From NCBI GenBank assembly GCA_964509425.1, contig CAZDWZ010000005.1:193604-257603 (forward strand): a DNA stretch of 64,000 nt, given 5' to 3'. Origin of the DNA: an uncultured Bdellovibrionales bacterium (GTDB lineage: Bacteria; Bdellovibrionota_C; UBA2361; SZUA-149; CAZDWZ01). The notes beneath the pieces were generated by a model. That model was not told where the DNA came from, did not search any database, and worked only from the letters and a program-made list of their open reading frames with translations. The position numbers were made by a program, and so were the translations under genes. This document shows, in pieces, positions 1 to 9,749 of the stretch. Each line of letters opens with the position of its first letter. Position 1 is the first letter of the stretch.

Positions 1-51
1 CTCTATTTCGTTATTTTCCATCGCAGCCGAAATCACGCATTCGCCGCCGGA

Positions 52-1926
52 ATGCTGATGCTTACCGTGCTCGTCAATATCGTCGCGGTCTTCTCCGTCG
101 ACGGACGTTACCAATGGGTCGGTCGATCGCTTTTCGGAACCGTCGCGTCATCATTGCAGATTTGGATTGAAAATTTCTTCGCGCGGGTGATCTATTTGCC
201 GCTCTTCGGGAGCCGAATTGCACAGGGGATTATCATGCTCCCCGATCTGGCCTTCTGGTCAATTTCTATCTTCTTTCTCGCGGCAATTACTGGTCTCGCC
301 CATTTGCGCGGAGTTCTTCCGAAGGCGATCCAGAGCCAAAAGGTTCAGATACTCAGTCTCCTTTTAGCATGCGTTCTTTGCCTGATGCCGCTGTCTATTC
401 TCGTGAGGAGCTATCTCATTCCTATCTACAGCCGTCCGGGTTTGTCGTTTGAATATCGCTATTCGTTTCTTCCGGCTTTCGCTGTGCTTTTGGTGTTTTC
501 CTCTTTTATTTATTCCATTCCTCGAGCACGGAGCGGCGGCACGCAATATGTGCAGTTCTTCCTCTTCGTCTACTTGTCGTGGAACCTCATCGCGTTTCCG
601 ATCTTTCCCGATATCCCGAAATCTCCCGAGTTCGAAGCGGCTTGGCCGGGACAGGCGTCGAGAATTCAGGCGGCTTTAAAGAATCGAGAGCTTGGTCAGC
701 TCAAGGAACTAGTGCCCATCGGATCGCTTCGAAGTCTTCCCGTCGGTTGGAATGACTTCGACACGAATCTCGTTATCCAACCGGTCGCGAACACATTGGC
801 TGCTCCCGGCACTCCGCTTGCGGCTTCGTTTGCCGCGCAGGATTTTGTGGTCCGGCATTCCGCTTTTCAGCTCTTCCGGAACGGTGAGAATGCCTACGAC
901 TTCTCGCGTCTCCGTTCCGTCGAAAAGAATGTGGTGGGGTGGGACGTGAACACGCCGTTTCTCAATCCTCCATGGACGCTTCTGGTTCTCGCCCCGGTCT
1001 TGATTTGGCCGTATTTCGATGCCGCCCTTCTTTGGGCCATCGCAAACGCCTTTTTCTACTTCAGTATTATCATGATGTGCTTCCGATCGATCCGCCCGAG
1101 CCGACCTCCGACTGGGTTCGAGCTGCTTTTGTCGGCGGCATTTCTTCCGGGGATTATCTGCGTAATTTGGGGACAGCTCGGCTTTTTGCTCGCTTTCGGC
1201 GCCGCACTCCTGGTTCTTGCCGAGTCGAGGAACAAGGTCTCGCTCGCTACGGCAGGCACCGTGCTGCTCACGCTGAAGCCGCATCTGGTTTTTCTTCCGA
1301 TTCTTGCCGCGCTTTATGAGTCGGTTCGGAGGAAGTGTTTTCGCATTTCGGTTTCCGTCATTCTGATTCTGGCGGGAGCTCTTTTCGGATTAGAAGCCTA
1401 CTCGCCGGGAATCACCTCGTCGTGGCTTCTCGCATCCCAGCTCGCCTCGCGGGACCTTTCCGTTATGAGGAGCGCGAACATCCCAGCGCTTGCGGGTCTT
1501 CTCGCCGGCGGCGGGACATCAATTTATCTTCCAGTGCTCTTTGGGCTCTCGATGCTGTCAATCATCGGCCTTGCCGTATTCCTCGGAAGGTCCCGCCGGA
1601 AGCTCACGGTCCAGGCTGATCTGCCGTGGCTGCTCCCCTTGTCGCTTATGTTCACTCCCTACGCGTGGCATCACGATTTTGCTCTTTTGTTCCCGGTCCA
1701 TGTGCTCCTTGTCGCGAGAATCTCGCACTTGAGAACTGTAAAATTGCAACGCTCATTCATCCTGAGCATCGTACTCTTGAATGCCGCGGTGGGGCTCCAG
1801 ATGGTCTTTGCGTTTCGCTTCGCGGCAGAGTTTGCGTGGATACCAATCTTCTATTTCGTCCTGGGGTTGTGGGTCCGGAGCGAAGAGAAAAGGGTGGCGG
1901 AGAGTCCGACGCGTGTTCGATCGTAG
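52..1926 (+). CDS. Polytopic integral membrane protein, possible GT-C-type glycosyltransferase. The frame is open to the window start, so the 5' end may be truncated.
   Basis: 624-aa ORF with more than 12 predicted TM helices. It sits beside a dolichol-phosphate-mannose-synthase-like GT2 gene. The frame has no stop between nt 1 and 52. Confidence 0.45.
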   Translation: MLMLTVLVNIVAVFSVDGRYQWVGRSLFGTVASSLQIWIENFFARVIYLPLFGSRIAQGIIMLPDLAFWSISIFFLAAITGLAHLRGVLPKAIQSQKVQILSLLLACVLCLMPLSILVRSYLIPIYSRPGLSFEYRYSFLPAFAVLLVFSSFIYSIPRARSGGTQYVQFFLFVYLSWNLIAFPIFPDIPKSPEFEAAWPGQASRIQAALKNRELGQLKELVPIGSLRSLPVGWNDFDTNLVIQPVANTLAAPGTPLAASFAAQDFVVRHSAFQLFRNGENAYDFSRLRSVEKNVVGWDVNTPFLNPPWTLLVLAPVLIWPYFDAALLWAIANAFFYFSIIMMCFRSIRPSRPPTGFELLLSAAFLPGIICVIWGQLGFLLAFGAALLVLAESRNKVSLATAGTVLLTLKPHLVFLPILAALYESVRRKCFRISVSVILILAGALFGLEAYSPGITSSWLLASQLASRDLSVMRSANIPALAGLLAGGGTSIYLPVLFGLSMLSIIGLAVFLGRSRRKLTVQADLPWLLPLSLMFTPYAWHHDFALLFPVHVLLVARISHLRTVKLQRSFILSIVLLNAAVGLQMVFAFRFAAEFAWIPIFYFVLGLWVRSEEKRVAESPTRVRS

Positions 1927-1988
1927 CGAACCGGGGAATCGGGTGTTATTCGTCGAAGAAAGTCGACAGTCGAGCGAACGAAATTTTT

Positions 1989-2768
1989 ATGCTGAACGGG
2001 AAAAAAGTAGTCGTTGTCCTTCCTGCCTACAACGCGGCGAAGACGCTGGAGAAAACGCACGCCGAAATTCCCCACGACGTCGTCGATGAAGTCATCCTCG
2101 TCGACGATCAGAGTTCTGATGATACTTCACAACTCTCGGAGGCACTGAAAATAAAGACGGTCGTGCATCGCCGGAATGTCGGTTACGGCGGAAATCAAAA
2201 GACTTGTTATGAAGAAGCTCTTCAAGCAAACGCCGACATCGTCATCATGCTCCACCCCGACTATCAATATACTCCGCGGCTCATCGTTCCGCTTGCTGCG
2301 ATGGTCGCCTACGGCGGATATGACGCGGCGCTCGGCTCCCGCATTTTAGCTCAGAGTGCGGTGAAGGGCGGAATGCCGGTCTATAAATACATCTTCAATC
2401 GATGCCTTACGTTGTTTCAGAACATTCTCATGCAGCAGAAAATGTCCGAGTACCATACCGGATATCGGGTTTTCTCCCGACAGATACTCGAGTCACTGCC
2501 ACTCGGGGAGAATTCAAATGATTTTGTTTTCGATAATGAAATGATCGCGCAGATGATGTTTTTCGGCTTTCGCGTCGGTGAGGTCAGCTGTCCGACACAC
2601 TATGCAGCTGATTCATCTTCAATCAGTTTTTCACGAAGCGTGAAATACGGTCTCGGTGTGCTTATTGTAAGCACGAAGTTTTTTCTTCAACGGAGGAATC
2701 TCGCGTCCTTTCGAATGTTCGATAAAAATGGCCGCCGGCTAAGAACCGGCGGGAATGGAGGGCGGTGA
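1989..2768 (+). CDS. Family-2 glycosyltransferase, polyprenyl-phosphate sugar synthase type (DPM1/GtrB/ArnC-like)
   Basis: N-terminus VVVLPAYNAAKTLEKT...VILVDDQSSDDT is the classic GT2 Rossmann/DxD start. The in-frame ATG at 1989 lies inside ORF 1626..2768. Confidence 0.75.
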   Translation: MLNGKKVVVVLPAYNAAKTLEKTHAEIPHDVVDEVILVDDQSSDDTSQLSEALKIKTVVHRRNVGYGGNQKTCYEEALQANADIVIMLHPDYQYTPRLIVPLAAMVAYGGYDAALGSRILAQSAVKGGMPVYKYIFNRCLTLFQNILMQQKMSEYHTGYRVFSRQILESLPLGENSNDFVFDNEMIAQMMFFGFRVGEVSCPTHYAADSSSISFSRSVKYGLGVLIVSTKFFLQRRNLASFRMFDKNGRRLRTGGNGGR

Positions 2769-3994
2769 AAGCGCTCTCCGTGTTGCTGCTCGGAGTTCTT
2801 TTCGGGGCGCTCCATCTTGCCTACTACGGAATCGACAACGATCCGATTTTTCTTCAAAACGGGGCGTTGAGAATCTCCGACTTTGCTTACTACGTCGTGA
2901 TCATTCGTTCGTTCTGGTTCGGTGGTCCGAGAGGCATCTACAGCTTGGAGGATAACCTCGCGGTGCTGCGCGAGCTTCTTGGCACCGATATCGGCGGTGT
3001 AATGCCTCTCGCGGTGACCCCGGCATCGGCTTTCCTGTTCCTGCCGTTTGCGGTCGTCTCTTTGTTCTCGATGAGCGTGGCAAAGAGCTTTTGGTGCGGA
3101 CTGTCGATGGCGGCTGTTCTCACGGCCGCCTCTGGATTCAGAGATATTTGGACGGGCACGTCGTCTCACAGCCGCATAAAACTGGGGCTCGCTGCCGCCA
3201 TAGTTTTTCTCTCGCACAGTTTTTTTCTAACGCTCTGGCTCGGACAAACATCACTGTTCTTTTTTGCTTCGCTGCTCTCATTGCTAAACGCCTTGAGAAA
3301 GGGAGATCGCAGGATTCTCCCGGTTCTTCCGGCGCTGTTTTTTGCCGGGCTGAAACCCACCTATTTCGGAATCATGGTGCTGGTTCTCTTGGTCTACGGA
3401 GCATGGAGGGCAATCTCTATTGCCGCATCATTTCTCGCTGCTGCCGCACTCTTCTGCACGGTTTACACTTCACCTGTCTGGATCTCCGAGTATGTCTCGA
3501 TGTTCACGGTATTTAGCCGCTATCCGCTTCCCCCGGAGTTCCGGTTGCCGTTTGCGTTTGATCAGATGAATGTCTTCCGGAGCGGTTGGTCGTCGTTCGC
3601 GTCTCAGGAGACTCTCTTGACGCTCTCGCGTTCGGTGCTCTTCATCGCTGTGGCAGGCGGAGCCGTTTCGATTCTCCGCAACCTGCAGAGACAGGATGAA
3701 ATCGGCGCCAAGCGACGGATGATTATTTTGACAGCTTGCTACGTGCTCTTTTCGCCGTACTTGAGCCCATACGAGGAAATACTCGCCGCGTTCCCAATCC
3801 TTCTCATCATTTCGGGTGCTCCGGAATATCTCGATAGCCGCCGCTTTCTCTCGTGTTTGCTGCTCCTCTTCCTGGTCTTGAATTTCAATCCGCTCCTCAC
3901 GCCATGGAATCGTGAGCTGCTGTGGATCGCAAAAGCAGTTCTCTTCGCCTTGTACGCGGTCTCTCTCGGAAAACCGTCACGGGAGTTCGCATGA
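2765..3994 (+). CDS. Polytopic membrane protein, putative GT-C-type glycosyltransferase (DUF2029/GT87-like)
   Basis: 409 aa with about 11 TM helices and an acidic IDNDP motif in the first loop. Its start overlaps the GT2 stop (ATGA), which suggests translational coupling. Confidence 0.45.
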   Translation: MKALSVLLLGVLFGALHLAYYGIDNDPIFLQNGALRISDFAYYVVIIRSFWFGGPRGIYSLEDNLAVLRELLGTDIGGVMPLAVTPASAFLFLPFAVVSLFSMSVAKSFWCGLSMAAVLTAASGFRDIWTGTSSHSRIKLGLAAAIVFLSHSFFLTLWLGQTSLFFFASLLSLLNALRKGDRRILPVLPALFFAGLKPTYFGIMVLVLLVYGAWRAISIAASFLAAAALFCTVYTSPVWISEYVSMFTVFSRYPLPPEFRLPFAFDQMNVFRSGWSSFASQETLLTLSRSVLFIAVAGGAVSILRNLQRQDEIGAKRRMIILTACYVLFSPYLSPYEEILAAFPILLIISGAPEYLDSRRFLSCLLLLFLVLNFNPLLTPWNRELLWIAKAVLFALYAVSLGKPSREFA

Positions 3995-5151
3995 TTCGAG
4001 GAATTCTGATCGTCGGCTGGTCCATCGTCCTCTCGGTACTCCTCCTGCTCACGCTCTTTCTCAATTCTCCGGGTTTCACGCGCTTTGTGTTGAAGGAGAA
4101 AGCACCGTATCTCGCGCATCGTTCACGCTTCCTTCCGGACAAGGATCTCGGTTTTCGGCACCGAAGAGAAAACTTCAACCTGGACACGGACCACTTCCAG
4201 GGAGATCTCTGGATGGACGGGTATGGATTGTCGAATGACGGGATTGAGTATCACGCAACCTATGAGGGTGGATTTCGGAAAAATTCTTCGCGGAGCTGTG
4301 ACATCGCGGTCGTTGGCGATTCGTTTATGGAGATTGGCGAAACTGATCAATTAACGCTCACCGAGATGATGGCGGCGTCGGGGAAATTTGGTGTCTGCAA
4401 TTTTGGCATGGGTGGATACGGTCCCGTTCAATACCTCGAAGTCTTCCGGCGACACGTTCTCCCGAGAACAGACGTCAAGACCCTTATCGTCGAATTTTAC
4501 TCAGGGAACGATATTGCCGACATTTCGAATGCCGATCGACTAAGAGAGATGGCGGTAAAGTGGAGCTTCGTCGATGAATATTATGCTGCTTTGCACGATG
4601 TTCTGAATGTCGCGCAGGGTTCGATCCAAAGTTGGCTTTCTTCGGAGAAACGGAATCCGGGCGAATATCTGGATACGCTTGCGAAGGTTCCGACTGAGAA
4701 TGGTGAGAAGCTCCTCGCGATTCGCTACTTCAATCCAAAGATGACGCCGGAACATATCGCAAGAGATCCGGATTGGCGGATACTCACGGAAACTATTTCG
4801 AAGATTAAACGCGAGGCGGAGCAAAAAAAATTGCGCTTTTTCCTGCTGTATATTCCTACTTCGTCCGAGGTCTATGCCGACATCGCGACCGCGAAAGAAG
4901 GGACATTGTTAGCCGAGCGTCTAAAAACGCAGGCCCGATACGGAGACAATCTTCACACGGCATTTCTCCAGCTTGCGCGCGATCTTGGGCTCCCGGTCAT
5001 TGATCTCCTCCCGGCGTTTCGAAACGAACGGTCGAATGGGGCTCTCCTCTATTATCAGTTCGACTCACACTGGAGCCGACGCGGGAGGGAAGTGGCCGCC
5101 GGAGAGATACGGAAAGTATTGGCCGAAGCTCAAATCGACGGTGGTTTGTAG
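3991..5151 (+). CDS. Membrane-anchored SGNH/GDSL-type hydrolase or O-acyltransferase (AlgX/AlgJ-like)
   Basis: One N-terminal TM helix followed by AVVGDSF...GMGGYGP, which resembles an SGNH block I. Its start overlaps the upstream stop (ATGA). Confidence 0.4.
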   Translation: MIRGILIVGWSIVLSVLLLLTLFLNSPGFTRFVLKEKAPYLAHRSRFLPDKDLGFRHRRENFNLDTDHFQGDLWMDGYGLSNDGIEYHATYEGGFRKNSSRSCDIAVVGDSFMEIGETDQLTLTEMMAASGKFGVCNFGMGGYGPVQYLEVFRRHVLPRTDVKTLIVEFYSGNDIADISNADRLREMAVKWSFVDEYYAALHDVLNVAQGSIQSWLSSEKRNPGEYLDTLAKVPTENGEKLLAIRYFNPKMTPEHIARDPDWRILTETISKIKREAEQKKLRFFLLYIPTSSEVYADIATAKEGTLLAERLKTQARYGDNLHTAFLQLARDLGLPVIDLLPAFRNERSNGALLYYQFDSHWSRRGREVAAGEIRKVLAEAQIDGGL

Positions 5152-5411
5152 ACGAGACTCACTTTTTAACTCCTCTTTGGCGATTCTCTCTTCTCGTCTA
5201 GCGATACCTCAGGGATGAGCAAAGCTTCCCAGTCGAGCATTTCGCCTCCACAGCTTGGCGCAAAAGACCCTAAACCCACTTTGCTGATCTCTATCGGACC
5301 CCGGTTAGCCGAATAAGACGCGGCGATCGCATGACTTCGCGCATGGCAAGTATAAGCGCAACCAGTGCTTATCATTTCACTCCGTTGGGGAATTTTTCTC
5401 GCGGTAAACCA

Positions 5412-6599
5412 ATGGAGCTTCACGCTATGGAACATCAGGATAACATTCGTTCGTTCTCGCGCCGCAGATTTATGCACAGTGCTGGAGCGGGGATCGTTGC
5501 AACCGGCGTTCATGCCGCGGCGTCCGCCTACGGAATTGAGCTCGCCCCCAAGGATAAGGAGCCGCCGTCAATTCAAGTTCCAGGCGAGCGTCCGAAGAAA
5601 GTGGGAATTGCGGTGGTCGGACTCGGCGAACTATCGCTCACTCAGATTCTCCCGGCATTTTCTTCTTGCGCGCTCGCGTATCCGGCCGCGCTTGTCAGCG
5701 GTCATCCGGACAAAGCAAAGGCGGTGGCTGGTCACTACAATGTCCCCGCTGGGAATATTTATGACTACGAGAACTTTGACCGCATCAAGGACAATCCTGA
5801 TATTAAAATTGTATACATTGTCCTCCCGAATTCGATGCATGCGGAGTTCAGCATTCGCGCGATGAAAGCCGGGAAAGATGTGCTGTGTGAGAAGCCGCTC
5901 GCAGCGACCGTTTCCGAGGCGGAAGAAATGGTGGAAGTGTCCAGAAGCACCGGTCGGAAGCTCATGACCGCATACCGATTGCGGTATGAGCCGTTCAATC
6001 AACACATGATTCAGTTCGCCCGTGAGAAAAAATACGGAGCGATTCGCATCATCACGGCTGATAACGTCCAAGACGTGAAAGCACCGAATATTCGCCTCAG
6101 CCGAAAACTCGGCGGTGGAGCGCTTGGCGATGTCGGAGTGTATTGCATCAACGCATGCCGATACCTGACGGCGGAGGAGCCGGTGGAAGTGTTCGGTCAA
6201 CTTCTCAGACCGAAAGACGATCCGCGGTTCGAAGAGGTCGAAGATCGCATCATCTTTCAGCTTCGCTTCCCGTCCGGGGTACTCGCGAATTGCTCAGCGG
6301 GCTTTAGCTCCTTCGTCTCTCGGCGCTACCAAGTGTTCTGCGAGAACGGGTATTTCGGACTTGACCCGGCGTTTAGCTACTCCGGACTGCAGGCATATGT
6401 AGGAACCAAGTCGGGTCGCGAGCAGCTCCAGATCGAAGCAGCGAATCATTTCGCTTCGGAGATGGATCATTTCGCAGCATGTGTAGTTAACGACGCCGAC
6501 CCGACGACTTCTGGCGAAGATGGCCTCCAAGATATGCGAATCATCAGCGCGATCTACGAATCGGCCGAGAAAGGAAGGGTCGTCAAAGTCGGCGCCTAA
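5412..6599 (+). CDS. Gfo/Idh/MocA-family NAD(P)-dependent oxidoreductase with twin-arginine (Tat) signal peptide
   Basis: SRRRFMHSAGAGIVATGVHAAAS is a Tat motif. KVGIAVVGLGELS is a Rossmann start, followed by EKPLA, both typical of the Gfo/Idh/MocA family. Confidence 0.75.
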   Translation: MELHAMEHQDNIRSFSRRRFMHSAGAGIVATGVHAAASAYGIELAPKDKEPPSIQVPGERPKKVGIAVVGLGELSLTQILPAFSSCALAYPAALVSGHPDKAKAVAGHYNVPAGNIYDYENFDRIKDNPDIKIVYIVLPNSMHAEFSIRAMKAGKDVLCEKPLAATVSEAEEMVEVSRSTGRKLMTAYRLRYEPFNQHMIQFAREKKYGAIRIITADNVQDVKAPNIRLSRKLGGGALGDVGVYCINACRYLTAEEPVEVFGQLLRPKDDPRFEEVEDRIIFQLRFPSGVLANCSAGFSSFVSRRYQVFCENGYFGLDPAFSYSGLQAYVGTKSGREQLQIEAANHFASEMDHFAACVVNDADPTTSGEDGLQDMRIISAIYESAEKGRVVKVGA

Positions 6600-6773
6600 C
6601 AAGCGATTTCTATGTTCCGATCTCTCAGCTCGGGAACCTCTCCTGGGAACTCGAGAGGGACATCGGATGGGGTGCGACAGATGTTGGCCTGAGCGGGCTG
6701 AAGGGATAGCCGCGTAAGAGGTTTGTGCTCCGATTCGCCTCCCGGAGCACGACCTCGTTTGCCTCGATTCACG

Positions 6774-8129
6774 TTAGAGCGTGAGCAGCTTTTTTTCTAC
6801 CGCGTCGATTCGGCTGAGCTCTCGTGCGTGTTGCTCACGGAGCTCTTTCAAGCGCGTTTCGCCTTGATCGAGCTCTTTTTTTGCTTCGGTGATCACGAAG
6901 GCAAAATCATCTTTGTAATCTTCGGCTTTGATAGTTCCTGCGCCGACTCGTTCGGCTGTTTTCCGGTACGCGTCACGGAACGGAAGCCCCGCCTTAACTT
7001 CGCGGAAAGCGTCGTAGGTGGCAAACAAGTCAGCGGTCATTGCCGCTTCAAGCCGCTCCTTGTTTATCGTCACACCGCTGATGACTTCTTCGAGAACCGG
7101 AAGCATCTCGTTGATATTCCGAAGTCCTCTCATGAGCGGCTCCTTCGTGTACTGAAAGTCACGATGATAGTGAGACGGAAGCTTTGCCGTGACGAGACCG
7201 ATCTCGGTCTCTGCGGCCCGCACTTTCGCCGCACGGGCTCTCAGAAGCTCGAGCACGTCGGGGTTATGCTTTTGAGGCATAATAGAAGAACCTGTGGTGA
7301 ACGCGGACGGGATACTGAAGAAGCCGAACTCCCGCATCGTGTAGAGCACGAGGTCACTTGAGAATTTTTCAATCGCAGAAGCGATGTCGCTCATCCAGGA
7401 GAGAAAGCGGCGTTCAAACCTGCCACGGCTATTCTGCACTTCGATTGCGTTTCGCTGAACCCCGGAGAATCCGAGGAGGTCGGCAACGAGCTTCCGGTCA
7501 AGCGCGAACGTCGTTCCGAAACCGGAACCAACTCCAAGGGGATTATGATCTATTCCTTGCAGGAGTCGTGTGCCGTGCTCGATGCAGTCAATCATCGCTT
7601 CGCCAAGCGCGTGGAACCAGATGCCCACCGTCGTCGGCATCGCCGGCTGGAAATGTGTGTACCCCGGCATCGCTTGTTCAAAATTAGCCCTCGCGCGTTG
7701 AAACGCGACATCCGCGAGGCTGAGGAGCTGACCTTGAACGGCGTTTCCGGCTGAACGCATGAAGAGCCTTACGACGAGGAGCACCTGATCGTTTCTCGAA
7801 CGCCCCGTATGAATCTTCCGGCCGGCCTCTCCACATTTGTCGACGAGATAGGACTCGATGGTCGTGTGACAGTCTTCGAGCTCACGAGGGATCGTGAACT
7901 TCCCGCTTTCGATTACCGGGAGTAGCTCTTTTAGGCCGGTGAGGAGAGAACTCAACTCAGCGGCGGACAGGATGCCGACTTTTGACAACATTCGGGCATG
8001 CGCTGCTGAACCATAGACGTCTGACTCTGCGAGTTGCATATCCACCTCGGGGTCGTCCCCGACCGTGAACTCGTGGATCTTTTCGTTCAGTGCCTCGCCT
8101 TTTTCCCAGAGTCGCTGCTTCTTCTTCAC
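6774..8129 (-). CDS. argH: Argininosuccinate lyase
   Basis: Carries the fumarate-lyase signature GSSIMPQKHNPD and an ArgH-like N-terminus. The product is 451 aa. Confidence 0.85.
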   Translation of the reverse strand: MKKKQRLWEKGEALNEKIHEFTVGDDPEVDMQLAESDVYGSAAHARMLSKVGILSAAELSSLLTGLKELLPVIESGKFTIPRELEDCHTTIESYLVDKCGEAGRKIHTGRSRNDQVLLVVRLFMRSAGNAVQGQLLSLADVAFQRARANFEQAMPGYTHFQPAMPTTVGIWFHALGEAMIDCIEHGTRLLQGIDHNPLGVGSGFGTTFALDRKLVADLLGFSGVQRNAIEVQNSRGRFERRFLSWMSDIASAIEKFSSDLVLYTMREFGFFSIPSAFTTGSSIMPQKHNPDVLELLRARAAKVRAAETEIGLVTAKLPSHYHRDFQYTKEPLMRGLRNINEMLPVLEEVISGVTINKERLEAAMTADLFATYDAFREVKAGLPFRDAYRKTAERVGAGTIKAEDYKDDFAFVITEAKKELDQGETRLKELREQHARELSRIDAVEKKLLTL

Positions 8130-8391
8130 CTCGTGCTCCCTCTTTCGCCTGGTTCGTTCAGCCGGTTGTGTCTCAGTTCGAATTCCACTGCGTCCTTAGC
8201 GTCCTCTGCGGTTGCATTTGTCATTTAAGAATTGAACAAAAATGCAACCGCAGAGGACGCAGAGAAGAGATAGATACTGCAGTAATTCACGTTGAGGCAG
8301 TACCCTTCAGCCGCCCGGCTTGGATTTCTCGTGAAGTTAATATAGAAAACCCGGCTCCGTTGTCGAGTGCGGTGCCCACGAGGAGGGCCGG

Positions 8392-9657
8392 GTGCGATTT
8401 CAAGTTCTCACGATATTCCCAGAATTGTTCGAGCCGTTTTTGAAGCACGGCCTGCTCTCGCGTGCCGTTTCGGAGGGTCATGCAGAGATTGAGGCCGTTA
8501 CACTCCGGCAATATGCCGTAAATGCCTACGGGCAGGTGGACGACAGCCCTTACGGCGGCGGTTCCGGGATGGTGCTCCGGTGTGAGCCGGCGGTCGCGGC
8601 GATCGAGGCGGCCAAGGCGAAGGATCCCTCCGCCAGGGTGGTGCTCCTCAGTCCGCGCGGGAAAACCCTGACCCAGGAGCGGGCCAAGTCGCTCGCCGAC
8701 GAGCGGAAAGGGCTCATTATCCTCTGCTCACGTTATGAGGGAGTTGATCAACGTGTCATAGACAACTGGGTTGATGAAGAAATCAGTCTTGGTGACTACG
8801 TCCTGATGGGCGGAGAGGTCGCGGCTATCACGCTCCTGGAATCTGTTGTGCGGCTCATTCCGGAAGTGCTCGGAAACCCGGACTCGTTAAGCCGTGAGTC
8901 ATTCGAAGACGGACTTCTCGAGCATTCTCACTACACGAAGCCCGCCGATTTCCGCGGTCTCGGTATTCCGGAGGTTCTCTTGTCCGGACACCACGCGGAG
9001 ATTGAAAAGTACCGGCGGGCGGAGTCCCTCAAGGAGACGCGGAGACGCCGCCCTGACATGTTGTGGCAGAGAGAGCTTCCCAAGGCCGAGATCGACGTCG
9101 CTCTTATTCACCATCCGGTTTTGAATAAGCAAGGCGACATCATTGCTTCATCCATCACCAACATCGACCTCCATGATATTGCGCGCTCGTCGAGGACTTA
9201 CGGCGTGCAATATTTCTACGCCGCTCATCCAACGAAAATGATCCGTCGACTGAGCGAGAAGATTCTCGAACATTGGGATATCGGATACGGAGCGGAGTTT
9301 AATCCGAACCGGAAGGAAGCGCTGCAGACTGTGAAGATAGTCACCAACTTCGATGAAATTTTGATGGACATCGAGGAGCGGCGGGGCAGGCTCCCGGTAA
9401 TCGTGACCACCTCGGCTCGTCCGTCGGAATCCGGGAAGCGAGTTACATTTACTGGCCTGAAGAAAAAATTCTACGAAGAAGAGGGGCCATTTCTCATCGT
9501 CCTCGGAACCGGATGGGGGTTGGCCCCCGAGATCCATGAGCGAGCGGATTTGTTGCTCGATCCGATCGACGGGTTCACGGGATACAATCACCTCTCGGTG
9601 CGTGCCGCAGCGGCGATCATGTTCGACCGGCTCTTGGGCAAGCATCATTCCGAATAG
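8392..9657 (+). CDS. trmD: tRNA (guanine37-N1)-methyltransferase TrmD fused to a C-terminal SpoU/TrmH-like SPOUT methyltransferase domain
   Basis: Residues 1-240 match TrmD (MRFQVLTIFPELF...SPYGGGSGMV). Residues 240-421 carry the SPOUT motifs IASSITNIDLHDIARSSRTYGV, LIVLGTGWGLAPE and GYNHLSVRAAAAIMF. Confidence 0.8.
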   Translation: MRFQVLTIFPELFEPFLKHGLLSRAVSEGHAEIEAVTLRQYAVNAYGQVDDSPYGGGSGMVLRCEPAVAAIEAAKAKDPSARVVLLSPRGKTLTQERAKSLADERKGLIILCSRYEGVDQRVIDNWVDEEISLGDYVLMGGEVAAITLLESVVRLIPEVLGNPDSLSRESFEDGLLEHSHYTKPADFRGLGIPEVLLSGHHAEIEKYRRAESLKETRRRRPDMLWQRELPKAEIDVALIHHPVLNKQGDIIASSITNIDLHDIARSSRTYGVQYFYAAHPTKMIRRLSEKILEHWDIGYGAEFNPNRKEALQTVKIVTNFDEILMDIEERRGRLPVIVTTSARPSESGKRVTFTGLKKKFYEEEGPFLIVLGTGWGLAPEIHERADLLLDPIDGFTGYNHLSVRAAAAIMFDRLLGKHHSE

Positions 9658-9749
9658 CCCGGCGAGTGAATTCATCTCTGGTTTCTGGTGACGAAACTAC
9701 AGAGACACGAGGCACAGAGGCACACAGAGGCACCACGAGGCACAGAGTA

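Noticed and set aside
709-1284. Antisense and alternative-frame ORFs inside the first membrane-protein gene (709..1284 -, 939..1319 +, and others)
   Set aside because: They are low-complexity and Arg-rich. They are embedded in a long coherent TM-protein frame.
9699-9747. Tandem CACAGAGGCA-like units considered as a CRISPR-like or minisatellite array
   Set aside because: There are only ~3 contiguous degenerate units with no spacers. It is one arm of the REP-like palindrome family.
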